From the NCBI GenBank assembly GCA_003345595.1, contig PRDI01000063.1, positions 1 through 22,559 on the forward strand: a stretch of 22,559 nucleotides of DNA, in the 5' to 3' direction. The notes beneath the pieces are model-generated. The model was not told where the DNA came from. It worked only from the letters and a program-made list of their open reading frames with translations, and ran no database searches. The position numbers and the translations under genes are program-made. The stretch's first letter is position 1. Every line of letters starts with the position of its first letter. Below, piece by piece: positions 8,106 through 16,809 of this stretch. This stretch comes from Candidatus Thorarchaeota archaeon. GTDB lineage: Archaea; Asgardarchaeota; Thorarchaeia; Thorarchaeales; Thorarchaeaceae.

Positions 8106-9710
8106 ATGCAGACACAAAAGGACAATAAGAAGCCCAACACGCGATACACACAAAGCTATGACCTGTTCCTGCGGCTCGCGGACAAGGTGATGAGTAACAG
8201 ACCCTGGCGAAAGCTGGGGCTCTTCTCATACTACGACGCACCATACTTCGACAGTGAATCAGTCTTCCTGTCGCCGAAGCAAGTAATGGTTGCCATGGCA
8301 AAGGAGGCGGCGCGCGAAGACAAGACTGTAGTGTTTGTCATGGACGCGCTGGAGGAGGGTAGCATGGGGTTCTCAGCCGAAGCCGACTTCAGGCAGTTCA
8401 TGACATTGTTCGACGAAGCCTTTCCTGACTCCATGAAGTTCTATTTCGGCCCAGCAGACTCTGACAAGGTATGGCTTCACAGTTTGGAGCACCTCAAGAT
8501 TCCCGCGTCATGGCTTGTGAAGAAGCCATATGTGTTTGCTGAGGTGCTTACAGACGCGTCGCCCACAGGCGAGGATTGGGGACCAGGTGATGTTTCGTTC
8601 GAGGATATGTCAGGCTTGCATGAAGTTCTGGTCGAGAAGCTTGGCCCACCCTCGCTGACGGAAGAGGTTCTTGAAAAGATGAGAAAGGAAGTCGCCAGCA
8701 AGACGAGAGGTATTGGTGCTAGCGACTACGCTGGAGAGGCCATAGGTCTCCTAGTCAGTCCGGGCACTGCAGTCACTCATGGCGTCAAGTATCTTGGAAA
8801 GCTCCTGAGTACGGTCAAGGATCGTAGGAAGAAGGAAGTCAAGGATGTCTATCTTGAGTGGCGTCAACGTGTTGACAATGCTTACTCACGAGACAACTTG
8901 GACAGGTTTTTCGATAGCACTCCTGAATATGACTCCCGAGTTGTAGCGGCTCTTTTACAGAAGAAACCCGTCCTTGTGATAACCGAAACCCGTGACACGC
9001 TATTTGATGCGTTTCTTCCGCTCCTCCTTCAGAATCTGATGGACGAAATCGGTTATGTGCCCCCAGGCAAGAGACCTCGCTTCCACACAGAAGGAGAGAA
9101 GCCCGCCTCAGGAGGTACTGAAGAAGAGCAATCGGATGGCCAAACACCGATGGACTACGAGCGGGCTGGCGTTGATGAGAGTGAACTCCCTCCGGTGACG
9201 GGCCGTCTAATGATGACGATGATGGAAGAAGCAAGCGCTGGAGCCGAGCACCATGCCGTGGCCGGAGATGACTCGTTCGGAGGGAAACCAAGGGTGATCA
9301 TCCTTCTGGATGCGGCGACTCATCTGTCGAATTTCGAGCGCTCATTCAGATCAGTGCTTCGAATCCCTGAGAGATTCCCCAACATGTCCGTCGCTGCTTC
9401 GTTCTTCACTAACAGAGAAACGATGACTATTGCCCTCCAAGAGGGAGTGCTGGAGTACATAAGTAACAGAGCTCTCGTCATGGACCTCAATCCTGCCCTG
9501 TTTGAAGCAGCGACTTCGAAACTCCCTGTCTCGAAGAAGGCATGGCTTGAAGGCCGCCTACGAGAGATGGCAGGCATTACGTCCAACGGGGGCGCAGCCT
9601 TCCTGGAATACTATGCGTCCGCAGACGAGCCTTGGGCACTCCGAGTTCTCAAGAAGCCCAGACTTGGTCTGGCCAAGAGGGTATTTCACTGGCTTGGGCG
9701 ACAGAAGTAG
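8106..9710 (+). CDS. Hypothetical protein; probable inactivated HerA/VirB4/FtsK-type ATPase fold with a C-terminal amphipathic helix
   Basis: Long ORF with SD-like GGGGTG before ATG 8106 (GTG 8097 is an alternative). The CDS is solid. The fold call rests on degenerate motifs (SPKQ, TVVFVMD, PRVIILLDAATHL, ISNRALVMDL) and is tentative. Confidence 0.7.
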   Translation: MQTQKDNKKPNTRYTQSYDLFLRLADKVMSNRPWRKLGLFSYYDAPYFDSESVFLSPKQVMVAMAKEAAREDKTVVFVMDALEEGSMGFSAEADFRQFMTLFDEAFPDSMKFYFGPADSDKVWLHSLEHLKIPASWLVKKPYVFAEVLTDASPTGEDWGPGDVSFEDMSGLHEVLVEKLGPPSLTEEVLEKMRKEVASKTRGIGASDYAGEAIGLLVSPGTAVTHGVKYLGKLLSTVKDRRKKEVKDVYLEWRQRVDNAYSRDNLDRFFDSTPEYDSRVVAALLQKKPVLVITETRDTLFDAFLPLLLQNLMDEIGYVPPGKRPRFHTEGEKPASGGTEEEQSDGQTPMDYERAGVDESELPPVTGRLMMTMMEEASAGAEHHAVAGDDSFGGKPRVIILLDAATHLSNFERSFRSVLRIPERFPNMSVAASFFTNRETMTIALQEGVLEYISNRALVMDLNPALFEAATSKLPVSKKAWLEGRLREMAGITSNGGAAFLEYYASADEPWALRVLKKPRLGLAKRVFHWLGRQK

Positions 9711-9820
9711 CCATGACACGTCTGTTCTAGGGATAGACGGGCCATGTGAAGGTCTCCCACAAGAGATATAATCGTCGCAGGTAGATTCTCGACTTGGCTA
9801 AGTCCGGAGGAAAGAACCAC

Positions 9821-10240
9821 ATGAGCAAGACCGATATGACTCAGGCGAGAGTGCTGAAGATCGTGAAGGGAAATGCAGTCACACTGCCGCCCGAATTCGT
9901 CGACGGGATAGGCCTACCCTACGGGCTCGCCATTCTCGTTGTCAAAGACAAGAACGTCAAGATATATCCCGTGGATAGCGACAAGGTGCTGTACCTAAAG
10001 CTTGAGATTCAGAAGCTTAGCAAGAGCTTTCTGGAGGAGCTCACGTCCATTTTTGAGAAATCGGGGCTTCAAGACATCTTATTCACAAGTGGCATCTGCC
10101 AAGCCGCCAGCCAGTGTTATTATGAATGCTACTTCACTCCGAAACAGCTCACGATGTCAGTCGCTGATCTAGACCGCCGCCTCAAGTCGATCGCGGGTGT
10201 ACAACGCGTGGTCCTGCAAGAGGTGTCTGTAACGAAGTAG
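9821..10240 (+). CDS. Putative regulator: AbrB/SpoVT-like N-terminal domain plus ACT-like C-terminal domain
   Basis: ARVLKIVKGNAVTLPPEFVDGIGL...VKIYP fits a swapped-hairpin pattern; the remainder has a beta-alpha-beta-beta-alpha-beta ACT pattern ending LKSIAGVQRV. GGAGG lies 10 nt before ATG 9821. Confidence 0.65.
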   Translation: MSKTDMTQARVLKIVKGNAVTLPPEFVDGIGLPYGLAILVVKDKNVKIYPVDSDKVLYLKLEIQKLSKSFLEELTSIFEKSGLQDILFTSGICQAASQCYYECYFTPKQLTMSVADLDRRLKSIAGVQRVVLQEVSVTK

Positions 10241-10347
10241 ACCTTCGAATCTGCCTCAATACAGAATCTCTGATGTCGGTGATGCTAAATCTAGCCCTTC
10301 GGACTGGCACTAACAGTGTGTAGAAAGCTGCAAGACTCTGAAACGAT

Positions 10348-11859
10348 ATGGTCGGCATAGTAGGCGTTCTCGGTCGAAGCTGTGCGGCGAATCAGTCAGA
10401 AATGCTGAAGCAGATGTCGCTAGCCATCATCCATAGGGGGGACGAGAAGCATGTCAGGTGCCTATCCAGCGAAGACGGATTCGGTGGGATTGCAGTCCGG
10501 TCACGACTTGACTGTGACCACAGCATTCACGCGAGCCAAGATGGAGTAACAGTCCTCGACCACTGGAACGCAAGCCGGTTTGTTGATGGTCGGGGCGACA
10601 TTCCTTTCCGCTTCACGGATGAAACTGACCCGGACTCTAGTCCGGACGTCGACCCTAGGTTTCTGGACACATTGCTCGTCAGTATTGGAGAAACAGAGTT
10701 CAGCTCAATGCGGTCAACCTTCTCCATGAAACCACTCTACTACCAGTGCAAGGGCCCAGACTTCGTCTTCTCTACTGAGCGCAAGGCAATCTGGCGTCTC
10801 GGCCTCAACGAAGCTGCAGAACTACAACCGGGACAGCTGCTCCGCGTTATTGCAGGTCGGAAACCGTCATCTCGTCAACGAGAGAGAATGTCGCGTCCGG
10901 ATACAGGCTCTCCGCCATCCCACAGAGAAGTCATTCAAAATCTCTCAACCAACATCAGCGGCTCATTTCGGAGGTTGCGCAGTCTCAGGAATGTTGGGGT
11001 TCTGTTCTCAGGAGGAGTAGACAGCTCCCTGGCCGCCATCTTGACCCGAGATGTCTGCAAGAATGTGATTTTGATAGCGGCGTGTGCCGAGAAGTCCCAT
11101 GATGACAGACTGACTTCCGAAGTCGCAGACAGGCTAGGAATGGACTTACTCAAAGTGCGGATAGATGCAGCGGCGGTGTGGGAAATACTCCCCGAGCTCA
11201 TTTATGCGGTCGAGAGCAGCCGTCAGCTTGACATCGAGGTCGCACTCCCATTCTATCTCGCAGCGCGGCAAGCTCACGACGCAGGGCTCTCAGTAGTCAT
11301 ATCAGGTCAAGGTCCTGATGAGCTGTTTGCAGGTTACGCACGATATGTAGAAACCTTCATTCGAGAAGGCGAAGTGGCGCTGGACAATCAGCTATGGAAC
11401 GATGTGATTGCGACGCACAGGAACAACATCGAACGCGATGAAAGGGCCATCGAGTACAATCAAGTATCAGCATTCTTTCCATATCTCGACAGTCGCTTCA
11501 TCGTGACAGCCATGTCTATCCCGTCCTCATGGAAGGTTGCACAGGACGCTATGCCTGATCGGAAGCTGGTCTTCCGAGAACTCGCACAAGAAATGGGTCT
11601 GCCTGTTGAGATTGCGAATGCACCGAAGAAAGCTACACAGTACAGTTCTGGGTCTAGGCGAGCAATTGCGATGGCCGTGCGTGCGAACGCCCGGAGCAAA
11701 AACGATTCAAGTACCGTGAGTGGAAACAACTTGGTTCAAGGCGCATTGAACAAGATTGCCTCAGAAATCGGCATACCATTGGTCGGTTCACTGCGGAGAA
11801 ACCTGATGGTAGACCTCACGCCAACGATGAGATTGGTCGAAAGAATCAGGAAGGTCTAG
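10348..11859 (+). CDS. asnB: Asparagine synthetase B-like protein with a degenerate glutaminase domain
   Basis: PP-loop LFSGGVDSS, SGQGPDELFAGY, PYLD, KKATQYSSG. The N-terminus is MVGIVG instead of MCGIxG. Confidence 0.85.
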   Translation: MVGIVGVLGRSCAANQSEMLKQMSLAIIHRGDEKHVRCLSSEDGFGGIAVRSRLDCDHSIHASQDGVTVLDHWNASRFVDGRGDIPFRFTDETDPDSSPDVDPRFLDTLLVSIGETEFSSMRSTFSMKPLYYQCKGPDFVFSTERKAIWRLGLNEAAELQPGQLLRVIAGRKPSSRQRERMSRPDTGSPPSHREVIQNLSTNISGSFRRLRSLRNVGVLFSGGVDSSLAAILTRDVCKNVILIAACAEKSHDDRLTSEVADRLGMDLLKVRIDAAAVWEILPELIYAVESSRQLDIEVALPFYLAARQAHDAGLSVVISGQGPDELFAGYARYVETFIREGEVALDNQLWNDVIATHRNNIERDERAIEYNQVSAFFPYLDSRFIVTAMSIPSSWKVAQDAMPDRKLVFRELAQEMGLPVEIANAPKKATQYSSGSRRAIAMAVRANARSKNDSSTVSGNNLVQGALNKIASEIGIPLVGSLRRNLMVDLTPTMRLVERIRKV

Positions 11860-12068
11860 CCGCCAGTGATAAGCGGCAGTACGACTACTCTGTCGTTCTC
11901 ATTTACAAGGGCATCCAACTCTAGCCTTTGTCCGTCCACCAAGACAACATGGTCTGTAGACAGATTCAGCTCGTGAAGCAAGTCTGCCACGGTCTTGGTC
12001 GATGTGACTTCGACCAATGTCGCCCTGATTGTCCTGAGATCCTGAGTCAGACAGCTCACCCATGACAT
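11856..12068 (-). CDS. ThiS/MoaD-family ubiquitin-like protein (SAMP-like)
   Basis: 70 aa with TVADLL..LNL, VVLVDG and DRVVVLPLITGG ending in di-glycine. Start could be ATG 12068, GTG 12074 or TTG 12083. Its stop overlaps the asnB stop (CTAG). Confidence 0.88.
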   Translation of the reverse strand: MSWVSCLTQDLRTIRATLVEVTSTKTVADLLHELNLSTDHVVLVDGQRLELDALVNENDRVVVLPLITGG

Positions 12069-12381
12069 AGACACTTGTAACAACTTATATGCTTAACCAG
12101 AGCAGCAGCTGGCGGACACATTTGGAACTAAGACGCGCCAATCCCGCGCTCTTTTCGCTCATAACGAAGAGGATGATGAGGCTCCCTGTCGTTATTGATA
12201 AATATGCGACCGACATCAGAACGGGTAGACACAGCAAAATTGGAGGAACCGCTGTTCGGTGAAAGCCGTTCAATCATGCAAAACCCACAACAAGATTCTT
12301 AAAGGGCCAACGAGCCGCTCAGTGGGCAATTGACGAAGTTGAATTCGACGTTCTCCGAACAGACTCATGGAAGTATCAGCT

Positions 12382-13419
12382 ATGGTAGGCATAATTGGAT
12401 ACGGGGTTTACATACCTCGCTATCGCATCAAGACCGTGGACATTGCTGATGTATGGGGCGATGACGGCGAGGCTGTCGCGCAAGGCCTCGGTGTCTTTGA
12501 GAAATCGCTGCCTGGGCCCGACGAGGACGTGGCCACGATATCTGCCGAGGCAGCTAGAAACGCAGTCAAGTACGCGAAGATAGATCCGAAGGAAATAGGT
12601 GCCGTATACATCGGTTCGGAGTCGCATCCATACGCAGTCAAGCCCACAGGCACAATTGTGGCCGAGGCCATTGGCTGCTCCGAGAATATGACATGTGCTG
12701 ACTTCGAGTTCGCATGCAAAGCTGGGACTGCCGCAGTACAAACCTGTATGGGACTTGTAACGTCCAAAATGGTGAAGTATGGTCTTGCGATTGGCGCCGA
12801 CACAGCTCAAGGAAGACCGGGAGACGCACTAGAGTACTCCGCAGCGGCTGGCGGCGCCGCCTACGTCATTGGGGAAGAAGACCCTGTCGCAACCATCGAA
12901 GCGACGTCGTCCGTCACGACAGATACGCCCGACTTCTGGCGCAGAGAGGGAGAGGATTTCCCCAGTCATGGTGCAAGATTTACGGGCGAACCCGCATACT
13001 TCCGACACGTCGAGCAAGGCGCAACGAACCTCTTCAAGAAGATGGGCACCTCAGTAGACGACTACGACTATTTTGTGTTTCATATGCCCAATGGCAAGTT
13101 CCCCGTCGCCATGGGCAAGGTACTTGGAGTACCCAAAGAGAAACTTGAGGACAGTCTCGTAGTACGTCATATAGGCAATACATACTCGGGGTCGTCTATG
13201 GTGGGGCTTGCAAGAGTCCTAGACATCGCAAAGCCAGGTTCAAGAATCTTCATGGTTTCGTATGGGTCAGGTGCAGGCAGCGATGCGTTCTCCATACGTG
13301 TGGAAGACGAGATACAGAGCCATCGCGGAGAAGTCCCTACAGTCGACGATTACATCGCGAGAAAGACATACGTCAGCTACTCAGTTTACGCCAAGTACAG
13401 ACGGACCATCAAGGCATAG
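12382..13419 (+). CDS. mvaS: Hydroxymethylglutaryl-CoA synthase (archaeal type)
   Basis: [28 protein letters not shown], catalytic [34 protein letters not shown]. Alternative ATG at 12367. Confidence 0.97.
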   Translation: MVGIIGYGVYIPRYRIKTVDIADVWGDDGEAVAQGLGVFEKSLPGPDEDVATISAEAARNAVKYAKIDPKEIGAVYIGSESHPYAVKPTGTIVAEAIGCSENMTCADFEFACKAGTAAVQTCMGLVTSKMVKYGLAIGADTAQGRPGDALEYSAAAGGAAYVIGEEDPVATIEATSSVTTDTPDFWRREGEDFPSHGARFTGEPAYFRHVEQGATNLFKKMGTSVDDYDYFVFHMPNGKFPVAMGKVLGVPKEKLEDSLVVRHIGNTYSGSSMVGLARVLDIAKPGSRIFMVSYGSGAGSDAFSIRVEDEIQSHRGEVPTVDDYIARKTYVSYSVYAKYRRTIKA

Positions 13420-13437
13420 TGTTTGGAGGACCAGAAA

Positions 13438-14598
13438 ATGAAGAAGAGAGTCGCCATCGTTGGAGTAGGGATGAGCAAGTTTGGTGAACTGTGGGACAAG
13501 AGCCTACGCGACATAACTCTCGAGGCAGGCATGTATGCGATATTCGACAGCCAAGTATCTGGCAAAGACATTGATGCAATCTGCATAGGCAACATGAGTG
13601 CAGGCAGGTTCACTGGACAGGAACACTTGGGCGCTCTGGCTGCAGACATGGGTGGCCTTGGCCACATTCCGGCCTATAGTGTCGAGGCAGCGTGCGCGAG
13701 CGGCGGCGCGGCTGTTCGGCAAGCGTACATGGCAATAAGGTCCGGCGAACATGATCTGATGCTGGTCCTCGGTTGTGAGAAGATGAGTGATGTGAATCAA
13801 AGTGAAGCAATGAGGACCGTTGGAGTCGCGAGTGACTGGGAATGGGAGGGCCTCTTTGGCGCGACGTTTCCTGCCCTCTATGCATTCATGGCTCGAAGAC
13901 ATATGTATGAGTATGGCACGACAGAGAAGCATCTCGCACAGGTCACCGTGAAGAACCACAAGAATGCGGAGCATAACCCCTGGGCACAGTTCCAGAAGGC
14001 CGTCCCTCTCGAAGTTGTCATGAGCTCAGGAATGATTGCAGATCCAATTCGGATCCTTCACTCATCACCCATCAGTGACGGGGCGGCAGGTTTGATAATG
14101 TGCTCCGAGGAGAAAGCAAAGCAATTCACAGACACGCCCGTGTACATAGAGGCGTCTACGCAAGCTAGTGACACGCTAGCGCTCCATGACAGACGAGACA
14201 TATGTACGATGGACGCGGCTGTTGTTTCCAGCAGGGACGCTTTGAAGAAGGCAGGTCTGACTGTTGACGACATCGACGTGTTCGAACTTCATGATAGCTT
14301 CACCATAGGCGAGATCATCTTGACGGAGGATGTAGGGTTGGCTCAGAAGGGTCAAGGTGGCAGGATTCTCGACGAAGGTATAACCGAGATCGGAGGCAAG
14401 TACCCAGTCAACCCGTCAGGAGGATTGAAGGCAAGAGGCCATCCCATTGGAGCTACTGGAGTTGCACAGATTGCGGAACTCGTCCTCCAACTGAGAGGTG
14501 ATGCAGAGGGTCGTCAAGTCGATGGAGCTGAGCAGGCAATGGCCGTGAACATTGGAGGAACCGGGGCGACATCAATCGTCCATGTTCTTGGAAGGTGA
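13438..14598 (+). CDS. acaB: Acetoacetyl-CoA thiolase (archaeal mevalonate-pathway type)
   Basis: VEAACASGG active Cys, ELHDSF, NPSGGLKARGHPIGATG; GGAGG before ATG 13438; directly after HMG-CoA synthase. Confidence 0.95.
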   Translation: MKKRVAIVGVGMSKFGELWDKSLRDITLEAGMYAIFDSQVSGKDIDAICIGNMSAGRFTGQEHLGALAADMGGLGHIPAYSVEAACASGGAAVRQAYMAIRSGEHDLMLVLGCEKMSDVNQSEAMRTVGVASDWEWEGLFGATFPALYAFMARRHMYEYGTTEKHLAQVTVKNHKNAEHNPWAQFQKAVPLEVVMSSGMIADPIRILHSSPISDGAAGLIMCSEEKAKQFTDTPVYIEASTQASDTLALHDRRDICTMDAAVVSSRDALKKAGLTVDDIDVFELHDSFTIGEIILTEDVGLAQKGQGGRILDEGITEIGGKYPVNPSGGLKARGHPIGATGVAQIAELVLQLRGDAEGRQVDGAEQAMAVNIGGTGATSIVHVLGR

Positions 14599-14604
14599 TT
14601 CGAG

Positions 14605-15030
14605 ATGGCAGAGCATGGCGTTGCACAGATTTGGCGCAAGATAAAGTCAATGTACAACATCATTGGAAACCACTGCACAACCTGCAATACCTACTACTTC
14701 CCTCCTAGACCTGTCTGCCCGAAGTGCAGAAGAAAGGGCCATCTTGAAGACTACAAGTTCAAGGGCTTGGGGACCATTCACACGTTCGCGATTGTGCGAC
14801 AGGTCCCAGAGGACTTCAAGACGCAAGCGCCCTACGTGATGGCACAAGTTGAACTGGATGAAGGTACCCGACTCACTGCCCAGATAGTGAATTGTGATGC
14901 CGAAGACGTGAGCATCGGCATGAGAGTCAGAGCGTGCTTCAGGAAAATCACCGAGTTCGGTCATGGTGGATTGATCGTCTATGGATACAAATTCGAGCCC
15001 ACGATGAAAGTGACGGGCCACAAGAGGTAG
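14605..15030 (+). CDS. DUF35 Zn-ribbon/OB-fold protein (scaffold of the thiolase/HMG-CoA synthase complex)
   Basis: CTTC..YFPPRPVCPKC, G.IHTF, PYV.A.VEL, IGMRV...FRK, IVYGYKF; operon context. Confidence 0.95.
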   Translation: MAEHGVAQIWRKIKSMYNIIGNHCTTCNTYYFPPRPVCPKCRRKGHLEDYKFKGLGTIHTFAIVRQVPEDFKTQAPYVMAQVELDEGTRLTAQIVNCDAEDVSIGMRVRACFRKITEFGHGGLIVYGYKFEPTMKVTGHKR

Positions 15031-15037
15031 CCACCGA

Positions 15038-15727
15038 CTAGAAACTCAACTGTGTCAGCGTACCGACGGCAGGCATAGCAACGTTCCGGACCAACGTTTC
15101 CCCAATATGCGCCTCGTGGTTTACAGAGTTGTGCACATGCCCGTGGATAACAAGGTCCGGTTGTTCGGACATTATCAGGTTGTAGAACTTGCGACTGCCG
15201 AGCCAACCGAAGGTCCGGGAGTCCTCGCCCTGGCACGTTTCAAGACATGGACTGTAGTGCATTAGCAGTATTCGTCGGTCCACCTTGTTCCGGAGCTTCT
15301 TGAGAAGAGATCCCGCACGATGCGCCCTGAGCTCAAATGTACGTCGCACACTGGGTAGATGCTGCCGTTGCCAATTTGTGGGTTTGTCGAGCGATCCCTG
15401 AGTCCCCACTATTCCCACCTTCTGACCGTCCACTTCAACCACCGTCATGGTTTCATCCAGGAAGACCATATCTCGACCGATCGCCGCAGATATGTCGTTT
15501 CGGACCTCTGAGTACTCCTCATTTCCGTAACAGGCAACAATCTGAAAGTCATTCCCAAGACTGTCGTGTATTGCATCAAGTATTACTCTGAACTCGGTGG
15601 CCCTGCCGCGGTTTATCATGTCCCCGGCCATGAGGAATAGGTCTGGCGGGCTAAATTGCTCAAGACTCCTTAGGAACGGGTCAAGGAAGCGGGGACTATG
15701 CACATCAGCAACCGCAAGCATTCTCAT
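15038..15727 (-). CDS. Calcineurin-like metallophosphoesterase
   Basis: ADVH, AGDMIN, GNEE, MHYSP and HGHVH motifs. Start ATG 15727 (alternative 15757). Confidence 0.9.
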   Translation of the reverse strand: MRMLAVADVHSPRFLDPFLRSLEQFSPPDLFLMAGDMINRGRATEFRVILDAIHDSLGNDFQIVACYGNEEYSEVRNDISAAIGRDMVFLDETMTVVEVDGQKVGIVGTQGSLDKPTNWQRQHLPSVRRTFELRAHRAGSLLKKLRNKVDRRILLMHYSPCLETCQGEDSRTFGWLGSRKFYNLIMSEQPDLVIHGHVHNSVNHEAHIGETLVRNVAMPAVGTLTQLSF

Positions 15728-15818
15728 TGTCCAAGCGCTCCCCAGTATATTGAGCATAATCTTATCCGAAGAGCGGCTATTAAATGTTAGAGTCTACATA
15801 CAGTGAGAGGTGAGGTCG

Positions 15819-16808
15819 ATGACCGAAACTTGGGCACTTAACCTGTTTGACCGCCTTCACATCGGCCACGAGGTCCTTATTGACAGGCTGAGGGATGCGC
15901 CGAATCCAGTTGCTGTGGTCGCAGACGGCGAACTCATTGCCCATGAACTGGAACTGGCTGCAATCATCCAACCTGCCACCACTAGGGTCAAGAAACTGGA
16001 GGGATTTCTTGCCGCCACAGGGCTCAACGACATGATTCCTGTGCGAATAATCAGTAGCTTTGCCGAGCTCGTAGCAGCTCCAAGTCCCACTTCTTTCCTG
16101 ATGTTTGAAGGGCCGTGCTGTGAGGAGATAGAAGCCAGAGCGTTGAGCCTGAGAGAGCATCAACCCGGGTTCAAGGACATCGTAGAGCACCTCAAGCCCG
16201 TACGCGCAGACGATGGCGACAAAGTGTCCTCGGCGAGAATACGGAAAGGGGAAATCGACAGACTGGGCCGCCACCTAAGAGGAACCTCTCAACCCCCAAG
16301 AAGACTTGAGTTTTCGACTAGGTCGGGCTTGAAGATCCCAAAGGGCGATGTCTATGATGTGCATGAAGTCTGTCCCGAGAAAGAGGTCGTGGACAGGATT
16401 GAGAGAGATAGGCCAGACAAAGTCATCTCCGTGGGAGATGTTACTACGGCCTCTCTAGTCGCTCAGGGCTACACTCCGGATGTCTGCATTGTGGATGGCA
16501 TCACGAGGAGAGGTGGATTCGAGGGATCTTTTACAGGCGAAAAGGAGTATGTGGTCTACAACCCCCCGGCTGTGATATTCCCCGAGGCTTGGTCAGTGAT
16601 AGATACAGCCATCCACGATGACACACGTTCATTGATTATCGTTGATGGCGAGGAGGATCTGATGGGATTTCCTGTGGTGCTCCTCGCTTCAGAAGGTTCG
16701 GTCATGGTGTACGGTCAGCCAGATGTAGGAATTGTCTGGTGCCCCGCCGATCAGGACAACAAGAATCGGGCGCAAGCCTACCTCGAAGACATGCCGATCA
16801 TAACATAG
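15819..16808 (+). CDS. coaD: Fusion of phosphopantetheine adenylyltransferase-like domain and DUF359 GTP-dependent dephospho-CoA kinase
   Basis: N-domain FDRLHIGH (HxGH) and VSSARIRKGEID; C-domain VGDVTT, PDVCIVDGITRR, NPPAVI, VDGEEDL, YGQP. GAGGTGA precedes ATG 15819. Confidence 0.88.
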   Translation: MTETWALNLFDRLHIGHEVLIDRLRDAPNPVAVVADGELIAHELELAAIIQPATTRVKKLEGFLAATGLNDMIPVRIISSFAELVAAPSPTSFLMFEGPCCEEIEARALSLREHQPGFKDIVEHLKPVRADDGDKVSSARIRKGEIDRLGRHLRGTSQPPRRLEFSTRSGLKIPKGDVYDVHEVCPEKEVVDRIERDRPDKVISVGDVTTASLVAQGYTPDVCIVDGITRRGGFEGSFTGEKEYVVYNPPAVIFPEAWSVIDTAIHDDTRSLIIVDGEEDLMGFPVVLLASEGSVMVYGQPDVGIVWCPADQDNKNRAQAYLEDMPIIT

Positions 16809-16809
16809 A

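Noticed and set aside
12085-12273. Hydrophobic 62-aa ORF ending just before the ThiS/MoaD gene
   Set aside because: Weak start codon, no SD, no recognisable family, and it overlaps the probable divergent promoter region.
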